DNA of 47,508 nt from Candidatus Microgenomatus sp. Lineage in GTDB: Bacteria > Patescibacteriota > Microgenomatia > UBA8517. Below are positions 25,668-33,786 of the stretch, piece after piece (the first letter of the stretch is position 1; each line of letters begins with the position of its first letter). The stretch is taken from contig DYGS01000001.1 of NCBI GenBank assembly GCA_020724585.1, positions 625,027-672,534 on the forward strand, given 5' to 3'. The notes beneath the pieces were generated by a model, which made no database searches, was not told the DNA's origin, and saw nothing but the letters and a program-made list of their open reading frames with translations. The position numbers were made by a program, and so were the translations under genes.

Positions 25668-26426
25668 TTAAATCAAATTTCTTAAATAAAGAAGTGTGTC
25701 TTGTTTTAATGTTTTTCTAATTTTACTAAATTTTTCTGGTGGTAAAAGTGTACTTAAATCTTGATTAATATCATCTTCAGTTACATTTTTTTTTATAAAA
25801 GCAATTAGTTTTTTGATGTATTCTTTTGTTTCCAGTCCTGTTCTTTCTTTTATTATTTCTTCCCTAAATCCATACCCTTTTAAGAAAAAATAGTTGACAT
25901 CGTATAAATCTCTACCTGCAACTTTCTTGTGTCTATTATATCTATCCATTATACCAACAAGCTTATTTGCATACATTGATTCAATTGTTTGACATGTCAA
26001 AAATCTATCAATTTCTGTTATTTTAACTTTTTCATATTCATTTTCTTCCACCACTTCATCAAAAACACTAATCATTAATGTATTTCTATCATTTGGCGCA
26101 GCCTCGTATTTAAGTGTAAAAAATAGCGAACTATCATTCTCTCTACCAACTCTGTTGGCCAAGCTTTGCTTATCTATTTTAAAATCCAACTTTTCAAAAA
26201 CTTGTTTTAGATTTGTTCTGATGTCTAAAAAATCAGTCTCATCAAGTTTTTTATACGGATCAAAATCCAAATCTACTGAAAACCTATCCAAATGGCCAAG
26301 CATGGCGGCACATGTTCCTCCTTTAAAATAAATTTTATGGGATAAAACAGGATTATCCGCAATCTCAACCAAAAGCTTTTGCATTTGGCTTCTATGAACT
26401 ATGTTTTGTTTGCTTAAATCTGTCAT
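25668..26426 (-). CDS. abiEii: AbiEii-type nucleotidyltransferase toxin (pair 5)
   Basis: IYFKGGTCAAMLGHLDRFSVDLDFD and RDLYDVNYFF. 4-nt overlap with its antitoxin. Confidence 0.85.
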   Translation of the reverse strand: MTDLSKQNIVHRSQMQKLLVEIADNPVLSHKIYFKGGTCAAMLGHLDRFSVDLDFDPYKKLDETDFLDIRTNLKQVFEKLDFKIDKQSLANRVGRENDSSLFFTLKYEAAPNDRNTLMISVFDEVVEENEYEKVKITEIDRFLTCQTIESMYANKLVGIMDRYNRHKKVAGRDLYDVNYFFLKGYGFREEIIKERTGLETKEYIKKLIAFIKKNVTEDDINQDLSTLLPPEKFSKIRKTLKQDTLLYLRNLI

Positions 26427-26929
26427 TTTTCTAAAGTATCAAAATAATATTTAGGTTTAAAATAAGTCATATCTGATATCGCTCTTTCCTTTGTTGCCAT
26501 GAAATATCCCCTTTTTTGTATAACTCCATTGGGATTAAACAGTAATTCTTTCTTTGCCTGTCTATATATATAAGTTATACCATTAAATTCAATTTTTTTG
26601 GAAATTGATGACACAAAAGTTATTGGATAAACAACTTGGTTTATAACACCCTCTAAAAACAACACGGTTTCACAACTTACATAACAATATCTATGAATAA
26701 GTGCCGTTCCTAATTCAAATTTATCAATTTCTTTAATTGGAATAGTTGAATAAAGTCCTTTAATTATTTTGATTAAAATTCCTTTTTTAATATAACGCTT
26801 GATAGTTGTTCTTAATGTATTTCTATTTTCAATACCCCACAAAAGAGCTAGGTCTTGAGTATGGAACAATCTTTCATTAGATTTAAGAAGCGCACTTAGT
26901 TTATCCATAGCAAAGTAAAATTCTGACAT
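26423..26929 (-). CDS. abiEi: AbiEi-like antitoxin (pair 5)
   Basis: 168 aa. ILIKIIKGLYS, YVSCETVLF and ERAISDMTYF resemble pairs 2 and 3. Confidence 0.7.
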   Translation of the reverse strand: MSEFYFAMDKLSALLKSNERLFHTQDLALLWGIENRNTLRTTIKRYIKKGILIKIIKGLYSTIPIKEIDKFELGTALIHRYCYVSCETVLFLEGVINQVVYPITFVSSISKKIEFNGITYIYRQAKKELLFNPNGVIQKRGYFMATKERAISDMTYFKPKYYFDTLEK

Positions 26930-26969
26930 ATGAGAATCTTATGTTCTCATATAGGGTACATTTTTGTAT

Positions 26970-26998
26970 ATTATAAACAAACTATATTTGTTTGTCAA
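26970..26998 (-). promoter_or_regulatory. consensus promoter plus operator-like repeats of AbiE pair 5
   Basis: Minus strand reads TTGACA (26998..26993), 17 nt, TATAAT (26975..26970). The spacer reads AACAAA-TATAG-TTTGTT. A second inverted repeat ATGAGAA-N7-TTCTCAT (26930..26950) abuts the start codon. Confidence 0.65.
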
Positions 26999-27055
26999 AT
27001 TAATGGAAACAGAAGTTTCGTTGTAATGACATATTAAATGCAAACTTGTGGAAAA

Positions 27056-27562
27056 TTAATTATTGGCACAAACAATACTCTCGGAGTTAACACCTGGAAC
27101 ATTAGACCATTCAGGCGTCTTTGAGCGCTCAAAATACCCAATTATTCTCCCATCTGATGAGTGAATTGTCCCACCCTCTATATCTACATAGATTTTACTA
27201 TCCGGTCCAACTACAACAGATGCTCCAAACAAAGTGTGTGGGTCGTCGGGAGTATACTTGCCTATTTCTACACAGTCTCTTCCTTCCCCCATCGGATCAG
27301 GAACCGATTCATAATAAACGGTCTCACCAGGAATGAGTGTATATGCTTTATAACCAGGTGGGGCAGATTCCACAGTCAAATTTCCCCGCCCAGATTCTGG
27401 CTGTTGATATCCTGGGCTCCATGTTGGCGTTGGATCTAATGCATTTTTCCCCTCTGCCTCGCCAGTTATAGCCTCAACTGCACTTCTAGTTCCTTGCCAA
27501 AGCATCAAACCCATAAAAGCAGCAACACCCGCTCTAGCCAGCCACTCGCCTCTATCTATCAT
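27056..27562 (-). CDS. hypothetical membrane-anchored/secreted protein
   Basis: 168-aa ORF with one N-terminal hydrophobic helix. Visibly higher G+C than flanking genes. Confidence 0.5.
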   Translation of the reverse strand: MIDRGEWLARAGVAAFMGLMLWQGTRSAVEAITGEAEGKNALDPTPTWSPGYQQPESGRGNLTVESAPPGYKAYTLIPGETVYYESVPDPMGEGRDCVEIGKYTPDDPHTLFGASVVVGPDSKIYVDIEGGTIHSSDGRIIGYFERSKTPEWSNVPGVNSESIVCANN

Positions 27563-27605
27563 TTGGCCAAAGTTTAATCCTAAACTCTTTTAAAATCAAA
27601 TCAAA

Positions 27606-28076
27606 CTAATTTTTAATTTCATCCAAACCGTATATCAAGCATTCCGTGGCACTTTGGTATTCAAAAATTTCATCACCATTAAAAATAAGCCCCATTTCTT
27701 TTTGTGCTGACTCTTCAGAGTCAGATGCATGGATTATATTTTGCGAACCACTCATTCCAAAATCGCCTCTAATTGACCCTGCTTCTGCTTCTCTTGCTTT
27801 TGTAATACCTACAATCTTTCTAACTGCTGCAATTGCGTCAAGACCTTCCCAAACCATGGCAACAACAGGCGTCCACTCCATGAAACTTTTGAGATCTTTA
27901 AAAAAAGCCTTGTCTTTGTGATGAACATACCAATTCTCAAGTATTTCATCTGTTAGCCTAATCATTTTAATACCAATAAGTTTTAATCCCTTTCTTTCAA
28001 ACCTATGCATTATTTCACCAACCAATCCCCTTTGAAGCCCATCTGGTTTAATTAGTACTACTGTTCTCTGCATCAT
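27606..28076 (-). CDS. ndk: nucleoside-diphosphate kinase
   Basis: ERTVVLIKPDGLQRGLVGEI..RFE.KGLKL, IRGDFG and NIIHASDS (active-site His). Confidence 0.95.
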   Translation of the reverse strand: MMQRTVVLIKPDGLQRGLVGEIMHRFERKGLKLIGIKMIRLTDEILENWYVHHKDKAFFKDLKSFMEWTPVVAMVWEGLDAIAAVRKIVGITKAREAEAGSIRGDFGMSGSQNIIHASDSEESAQKEMGLIFNGDEIFEYQSATECLIYGLDEIKN

Positions 28077-28081
28077 ATTAT

Positions 28082-29356
28082 TTATTTTAGGATTGTAGCA
28101 AAATCCTTTTCATTTTCATATGGGCCGATTATGGCAAGGTTAAGTCTTTCAGGTACAAAAAGCCTTTTTGCTTCAAATAAAACTTCTTCAATTTTCACTT
28201 GATCAATTTTTTTAAACACTTCACTTGGTGTCATAATTTCGGGACTAAATAATGCTTGATCTGTGAAAAATGATGTTACATCTCGCGTATCTTCTAGTGC
28301 TAGTGCTAAATGCCCTTTTAAAAACTCTTTCGCCTTTTGTAGCTCACTATTTGATATTCGCTTTTCGCTATTCGCTAATTTGTAATGTTCATCAAGTATT
28401 ATTTTTACGGCATCGCTTGCCTTTTTGACATCCAGCCCTGCATATGTACCTATATAGCCTATATCTTCATATCTATCCATTGATGTTTTAACTGAATAAG
28501 CCAAGCCTCTTCTTTCCCTAACTTCCAAAAATAGTCTTGAACTCATTCCCCCACCCAAAACAGTTGCTAAAAGTGTTTGCGCATATTTATTTTTGTAATT
28601 TTTACCATCTGCTAGGTAACCTAAAATAATATGTGTCTGTTCCTTTTTCTTACTATGTAATTTTATTTGTGGTTTTGCTTGTGATGTTTTAAATTCTAAT
28701 TTAGCATTTACTTTTTTGCCATTTGGCATTTGAGAAAAGTATTTTTCCGATAAAATCATTGCCTTTTTTTCATCAAAACCCCCTACAACTGATATTGTGA
28801 TATTTTCTCTAAAGTAATACATCTTTTTATAACTTAAGAAATCATTTTTTGACATATTTGAAACACTTTTTTCTGTTCCTGCAATGTCAAGAGCTAAACT
28901 GGATCCTTTATAAATCAGCTCCTCAAAAACATCGCCGATTTTCATCATAGGCGTATCTTCATACATTCTAATTTCTTCAATTATTGTTCCTTTTTCTCTC
29001 TCTATTTCTTCAATTTTTAAAATTGGATTAATAACCATATCAGAAAGTACATCAAATGCAGTTTCTAAATCTTCACTCCTACATTTAATATAGAAGTTTG
29101 TATAGTCTTTAGAAGTTGACGCATTAAACTCCCCACCAATGCCGTCTACAACCTCGCTGATGGCTTTGGCCGTTGGCCTTTTTTTGCTTCCTTTAAAAAC
29201 CATGTGTTCCAAAAAATGGCTGATTCCATTATTTTTTTCATTTTCATTTCTTGAACCTGTTTTAACCCAAACAGTTAAGGTAACTGAGGATAAATTAGAC
29301 ATAGGAACAGTCAGAAGTGTAAGACCATTTTCCAAAACCTTCTTGCTATATTGCAT
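28082..29356 (-). CDS. M16-family (pitrilysin-like) zinc peptidase
   Basis: 424 aa. GISHFLEHMVFKGS carries the inverted HxxEH zinc motif. Two-domain length is typical of M16B. Confidence 0.9.
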   Translation of the reverse strand: MQYSKKVLENGLTLLTVPMSNLSSVTLTVWVKTGSRNENEKNNGISHFLEHMVFKGSKKRPTAKAISEVVDGIGGEFNASTSKDYTNFYIKCRSEDLETAFDVLSDMVINPILKIEEIEREKGTIIEEIRMYEDTPMMKIGDVFEELIYKGSSLALDIAGTEKSVSNMSKNDFLSYKKMYYFRENITISVVGGFDEKKAMILSEKYFSQMPNGKKVNAKLEFKTSQAKPQIKLHSKKKEQTHIILGYLADGKNYKNKYAQTLLATVLGGGMSSRLFLEVRERRGLAYSVKTSMDRYEDIGYIGTYAGLDVKKASDAVKIILDEHYKLANSEKRISNSELQKAKEFLKGHLALALEDTRDVTSFFTDQALFSPEIMTPSEVFKKIDQVKIEEVLFEAKRLFVPERLNLAIIGPYENEKDFATILK

Positions 29357-29378
29357 GGATTTATTCTAACATATTGTT

Positions 29379-29903
29379 ATGTCATCTTTAATACAATCAT
29401 TTGAGGCGAAGGAATTAAAAAAAAGGCCTTTTATCATTAAAATTGCAGATAGATTGACTTCATTTTTTGGTAGCTTTTGGTTTTTGGGTTTTAATGTCAG
29501 CTTGTTTATCTTTTGGATTGTTGCAAATCAAGGACTAATTCCAAATATCCCTATTTTTGATCCATTTCCCTACTTCTTTTTGACAACAGGAGTTTCTTTG
29601 GAGGCAATTATTTTAACCATCGTAGTTCTAGTATCCCAACAAAGGCAATCTCAAATAACAAAAATTAGGGAAGAGCTTGATATGCATGTCAATAAAATAT
29701 CTGAAAGAGAGATATCAAAAGCTCTTTATATACTTAAATTGCTTGCTAAAAAGCAAGGAATCGGCTTGGATGGAGATAAAGAACTTGATGATATGCTTAA
29801 AGACATTAATGAAAGCTATATTGAGAAAAAACTTGAAGAACAATTATCAGACAAGCCTAAGAATATATTCACTGAAGTAGTGGAAAAGTTGAAAAAGAAT
29901 TAA
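29379..29903 (+). CDS. DUF1003-family membrane protein
   Basis: ADRLTSFFGSFWF...FDPFPYFFLTTGVSLEAIILTIVVLVSQQRQ pattern plus a C-terminal coiled coil. Confidence 0.7.
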   Translation: MSSLIQSFEAKELKKRPFIIKIADRLTSFFGSFWFLGFNVSLFIFWIVANQGLIPNIPIFDPFPYFFLTTGVSLEAIILTIVVLVSQQRQSQITKIREELDMHVNKISEREISKALYILKLLAKKQGIGLDGDKELDDMLKDINESYIEKKLEEQLSDKPKNIFTEVVEKLKKN

Positions 29904-29916
29904 AATATTACAAGCT

Positions 29917-32214
29917 TTACATCCTTTCAGGGGCTTCTATTCCAAGAAGTTTGAGGCCGGATTTTAATACTATTCCCGTCTTTTGAGTCAACATAAGTCT
30001 AAAAGACCCATCACTCGTATCTTCCAACCCTACTATCCTGTGTTTAGCATAAAAAGTGTTAAATTTACTGGCTAAATCATATAAATAATTGCAAATTAAA
30101 TTGGGAGAGAAATTTTCAGCCGCGTTTTTTACAACCTCGCTAAAGATAAACAGCTTGCGAAGTATAGCAATCTCTTCCTCCTTTAAAGCTAGACCTTGAA
30201 AGCTTATATCTTGCAGGCTGAGACCTTTCAAGTTGGCCTTATTAACAACACTGTTTATTCTGGCAATCGTATATTGGATATAAACTGATGAATTACCATC
30301 CATTGCAAACATCTTGTCCCAATCAAAGTTAATATTTGTAGATGGATGGTGAGAAAGATCAAAGTATTTTATAGCCCCGATCCCGACCTGCCTCGCCGTA
30401 GACTTATCACTCTTATCTTCGTTTCCCAGTTTCCTTGCCCTTTCAATCGCCTCATTTAATACTTCTTCAAGTTTTACTGTTTTTCCCGCCCTTGTTGACA
30501 TTTTTTTACCATCCATCAAAAATAGTCCATGTCCCACATGCACCCTTTGTCCGTCTTTATACCAACCCAGCATTTTTTCAATTTCAAAAATTTGTTTGAA
30601 ATAGAGACTCTGTTCACTTCCAACTTCATTAATAATTAAATCCGGATTATATTTTTCCTTTCTATACTTATCTGTTGCCAAGTCCCTTGTTGAATAAAGC
30701 GTTGTTCCATCTTTTTTAAGTATCATTAGAGGGCTTAAGTTAGTATCTTTATCAAAAAAGACTAGTTTTGCCCCATCCTCCCCTACTTTTAAAAGTTTTC
30801 TTTCTTCAAGCTCTTTAATAACAATCGCCATTTTGCTTTCAAAAAATGATTCGCCCAACCCCCTACCACTATTAAAATCTCTATCAAATTTGATATTTAA
30901 AAGTTTGTAAATTTTGTCAAACTCCCTGAAACTTATCTCTACACACTTTTCCCATACCCACTTTGCTTCGTCATCGCCATCCTCCAACTTTTTAAACCAA
31001 TCCCTAGCTTTTTGTTTCATATTAAGATTTTCTTGAGCTTTTTTATGAAACTCGACATATAGTATTAGCAGATCCTCAACAGACCAATTTGGCATTTGTA
31101 ATTTGTAATTTGGAATTTCGGTGATTTGCGAGAGCAAAGCACCAAACTGTGTTCCCCAATCTCCTAAATGATTATCTCGCATTACTTTATAACCAACTGC
31201 TTCCATTAAGTTTGCGATACTATCCCCTATTACCGTTGATCTTAAATGCCCCACACCAAAAGGCTTGGCTATATTAGGACTGCTATATTCAACTATGGCA
31301 AGTTTGCCTTTATTTTTATTTGATTTACCATAGTTTTCATCTATAGTAATTAAATTATCACTTAAGACCTCATCTTTTAATTTAAAATTTACAAATCCCT
31401 CAACAGCATTAGCCTTAACAAGTAATTTTTCATTAAAATTATTAAATTTTTCAGCAATTTCTTTAGCAAGCTCAACTGGATTTCTTTTTATTTCATAATT
31501 GAGGCTGAAGTCTTGACTTTTTGCCTCCAATTTGTTATAAAATAGTTGGCTTTCTTGTAGACCGGAGAATGACGCGCCGGCGGCCCGCAAGGGTGATTGT
31601 AGGGAAGGGATGCGGTACTTCCCAAGAAGACCATTTTTTAGTCTTTTCGGATTTACAAAAAACATAGTAACTATCTCATTTCCGTCTTTTCCTTCTAAAA
31701 TCTCTATTACAATTACTCCAAAGTTTCCATTATTAAAAGCAAATAAATTTCTTTTGTCATTATTTTTATCTTCATAAACATCAATTGGATAAAAAGTAAT
31801 ATACGGAATTTGCCATAAAACATTTGGTAAAACTTCATTATGGCCTACTCTATGCCCCAACCAACCACATATCTTCGCATAGACAAAACCATTCAAATAA
31901 ACCATATCGGATTTGGCGTTAATTATTTTGACAATCTCAGAATTTAATCTTCCTACAGGTAAACTAAATTTATTATCCTTCCAAGACTTCTTGTTTATAT
32001 TTTTACTAATCCATTCAATATTTTCCAAAAAATTCCCTTTTTCGTTTGCCATTTGCAATGCAACATTACTTGAATAGTCTCCAAAGGCCTCGTTTGATGC
32101 AAACTCTACTTGAGGATTTTTAACACCAGCTACACTCTCTAAAACTTTTGCTATTTGCTGTTTAATATCTTGCACTATACAAATGATTATATCTAGCGCA
32201 AAACAAAATGTCAC
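29917..32214 (-). CDS. argS: arginine--tRNA ligase with ~183-aa insertion in the N-terminal domain
   Basis: SSPNIAKPFGVGHLRSTVIGD (HIGH region), MSTRAGK (KMSKS-like), and a C-terminal anticodon-binding domain ending in M. The likely true start is the GTG at 32175 (MQDIKQQI...), since a TATAAT-like box lies in the listed 5' extension. Confidence 0.9.
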   Translation of the reverse strand: MTFCFALDIIICIVQDIKQQIAKVLESVAGVKNPQVEFASNEAFGDYSSNVALQMANEKGNFLENIEWISKNINKKSWKDNKFSLPVGRLNSEIVKIINAKSDMVYLNGFVYAKICGWLGHRVGHNEVLPNVLWQIPYITFYPIDVYEDKNNDKRNLFAFNNGNFGVIVIEILEGKDGNEIVTMFFVNPKRLKNGLLGKYRIPSLQSPLRAAGASFSGLQESQLFYNKLEAKSQDFSLNYEIKRNPVELAKEIAEKFNNFNEKLLVKANAVEGFVNFKLKDEVLSDNLITIDENYGKSNKNKGKLAIVEYSSPNIAKPFGVGHLRSTVIGDSIANLMEAVGYKVMRDNHLGDWGTQFGALLSQITEIPNYKLQMPNWSVEDLLILYVEFHKKAQENLNMKQKARDWFKKLEDGDDEAKWVWEKCVEISFREFDKIYKLLNIKFDRDFNSGRGLGESFFESKMAIVIKELEERKLLKVGEDGAKLVFFDKDTNLSPLMILKKDGTTLYSTRDLATDKYRKEKYNPDLIINEVGSEQSLYFKQIFEIEKMLGWYKDGQRVHVGHGLFLMDGKKMSTRAGKTVKLEEVLNEAIERARKLGNEDKSDKSTARQVGIGAIKYFDLSHHPSTNINFDWDKMFAMDGNSSVYIQYTIARINSVVNKANLKGLSLQDISFQGLALKEEEIAILRKLFIFSEVVKNAAENFSPNLICNYLYDLASKFNTFYAKHRIVGLEDTSDGSFRLMLTQKTGIVLKSGLKLLGIEAPERM
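31561..31625. repeat. GC-rich patch in frame inside argS (possible third member of the leuS insert family)
   Basis: ACCGGAGAATGACGCGCCGGCGGCCCGCAAGGGTGATTGTAGGGAAGGGATGCGGTACTTCCC encodes (minus strand) YRIPSLQSPLRAAGASFSG. Internal hairpin GGGAAG (31602..31607) / CTTCCC (31618..31623). Confidence 0.45.
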
Positions 32215-32307
32215 TTTTTGTTTTGAAATGACTATATATCAACATTTATCTATTTATGATAATATATCCCAAAATTTCATAATCCTAATTGCAAAAAGGA
32301 GGCAAAA

Positions 32308-32403
32308 ATGAAGTTTTTATTTCAACTTATAGAAAAAGCAATCACTGGTCTTTTAATAGTGATTGCGATACTCTTAATCTTAATTTCTTATCTTTTAAAA
32401 TAG
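32308..32403 (+). CDS. 31-aa hydrophobic peptide (not in the ORF track)
   Basis: AAGGAGG SD 6 nt upstream of the ATG at 32308. MKFLFQLIEKAITGLLIVIAILLILISYLLK, stop TAG at 32401..32403, followed by a hairpin plus T-run. Confidence 0.4.
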   Translation: MKFLFQLIEKAITGLLIVIAILLILISYLLK

Positions 32404-32449
32404 CTCTGATGTGATACACACAAACATACCACACAGAGCTATTTTTTTA
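32402..32449 (+). terminator. candidate intrinsic terminator
   Basis: AGCTCTG (32402..32408) / CAGAGCT (32434..32440) followed by ATTTTTTTA. The loop is long (25 nt). Confidence 0.45.
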
Positions 32450-32458
32450 TAAAAAAAG

Positions 32459-32488
32459 TTGAAATATTATAGGATATTTGATATCCTA
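32459..32488 (+). promoter_or_regulatory. promoter with overlapping palindrome upstream of 32578..32922
   Basis: TTGAAA (32459..32464), 17 nt, TATCCT (32482..32487). Inverted repeat TAGGATAT-TTG-ATATCCTA at 32470..32488. Confidence 0.5.
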
Positions 32489-32577
32489 CCATTACCTAAG
32501 TAATTTTGCTAGGTTGAGGCGATAGCCAAGAGACACAGATCTCAAAAAATCTCGCACATCAAAAAAAAGGAGACAAT

Positions 32578-32922
32578 ATGTTTGAGTATTTGGCAGGGCT
32601 GGTAGTTGCGTTAATTTTTGCGGCTGGATGGGTGCTTTTCAGGTCTGGAAAGGACCTGCCGACAGCAAAAGAATGGGCTTCCAAATTGATTATGATGGCA
32701 GTTTTCACCGCCATCATAAGTCTTGCGTCGAGGGAAATTTATACAATATTTCCCCGGGATGCGGCAATATACCTTGACATAGCGCTGGGTATAGCATTCC
32801 TGTCCATCCCGACAAGCTTTCTTCTCGGGCGGCGACATCCCTTTTTGGCATTTGGTATAATCATCATCTGCTTTTGTTACATAACGATGATGATTGGCAA
32901 TGCTTTTATCAGATTGCCATAA
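32578..32922 (+). CDS. hypothetical 4-TM membrane protein
   Basis: 114-aa ORF with an AAGGAG SD upstream. Visibly G+C-richer than its surroundings. Confidence 0.55.
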   Translation: MFEYLAGLVVALIFAAGWVLFRSGKDLPTAKEWASKLIMMAVFTAIISLASREIYTIFPRDAAIYLDIALGIAFLSIPTSFLLGRRHPFLAFGIIIICFCYITMMIGNAFIRLP

Positions 32923-32929
32923 ATAAACC

Positions 32930-32970
32930 AAAACTGACTAGTGTCGCCACAAACTTCACTAGTCAGTTTT
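32930..32970. terminator. bidirectional hairpin between convergent genes
   Basis: Perfect 14-bp stem AAAACTGACTAGTG (32930..32943) / CACTAGTCAGTTTT (32957..32970) with a 13-nt loop. A/T runs on both sides. The right arm overlaps the last codons of 32959..33786. Confidence 0.7.
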
Positions 32971-33786
32971 AACTTTGTAAACAACATCTCCCATTTGGTC
33001 TGTCCTTAAAATTTTTACCTTTTTAGCATTTAGCATTTGTATAATTTCTTTATGTGGGTGGCCGTAGCGATTATTTTTCCCGGCACTTATTACAGCAATT
33101 TCAGGCATCAGTTTATTTAGTAGTTTTTCTGATAATCCATTCTTAGAACCATGATGAGGTATTTTGATATAGTTAACCTGTCCTATTTTTTTATTTTCGG
33201 ACAAATCATCGCTCACTCCTGTTTCGATATCTCCTGTAAAAATAGCCTTAAAATTCTGATATTTTAGATTGATAACTATCGAATAGTTGTTTGTTTTATT
33301 TGAACTGTAATCTTTATTTGGATGAACTATATCTAAATATATCATCCCCACCCTAATATTGGGCAGATCATAAGGGTATATGATCACTGCCCCACTACCC
33401 CCTACCACGTTTTCTAGCACTCTAGTATAATCACTGCTAAAGACTTCCTTTTTAAAATCGTTGGTCAAAATATTTTTAACATTATAACTTTTAAAAACAT
33501 CCGCAAGTCCCCCGCTGTGATCTTTATCAGTATGTGTCAAAATAAAAAGTTCCAAATCCCTATCCCAAAACGGCATATATTTTCCAAGGCAATCCAAGAC
33601 CTGTCTGTCCGGTCCGCTGTCAATTAAAATTTGTGTAGTATTTTTAGAAAGTAAAATTACATCCCCTTGCCCCACATCGCAAGCAATTATTGACAAGTTA
33701 TTACTTACACTAAAAACAGCTAGCCAAATCGAAATAGCTACAAGTGTTAAAAAAATAAAAAGTGAGGACCTGCTATTTAAATTCAT
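32959..33786 (-). CDS. comEC: ComEC C-terminal metallo-beta-lactamase-fold domain as a separate ORF with its own N-terminal anchor
   Basis: 275 aa. CDVGQGDVILL, LTHTDKDHSGG, IPHHGS, and NRYGHPH. ATGA overlap with the upstream competence-domain ORF. Confidence 0.85.
   Translation of the reverse strand: MNLNSRSSLFIFLTLVAISIWLAVFSVSNNLSIIACDVGQGDVILLSKNTTQILIDSGPDRQVLDCLGKYMPFWDRDLELFILTHTDKDHSGGLADVFKSYNVKNILTNDFKKEVFSSDYTRVLENVVGGSGAVIIYPYDLPNIRVGMIYLDIVHPNKDYSSNKTNNYSIVINLKYQNFKAIFTGDIETGVSDDLSENKKIGQVNYIKIPHHGSKNGLSEKLLNKLMPEIAVISAGKNNRYGHPHKEIIQMLNAKKVKILRTDQMGDVVYKVKTD

Noticed and set aside
25456-25671. Listed 71-aa ORF
   Set aside because: It is fully explained by two cloverleaf-foldable tRNA genes (Arg-CCU on the minus strand, Pro-CGG on the plus strand), so it is not coding.
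31486-32034. Intein in argS
   Set aside because: The insert starts with Asn-Phe and ends ...EIK before Arg. It lacks the Cys/Ser/Thr first residue, the terminal His-Asn, a +1 nucleophile and the homing endonuclease blocks.
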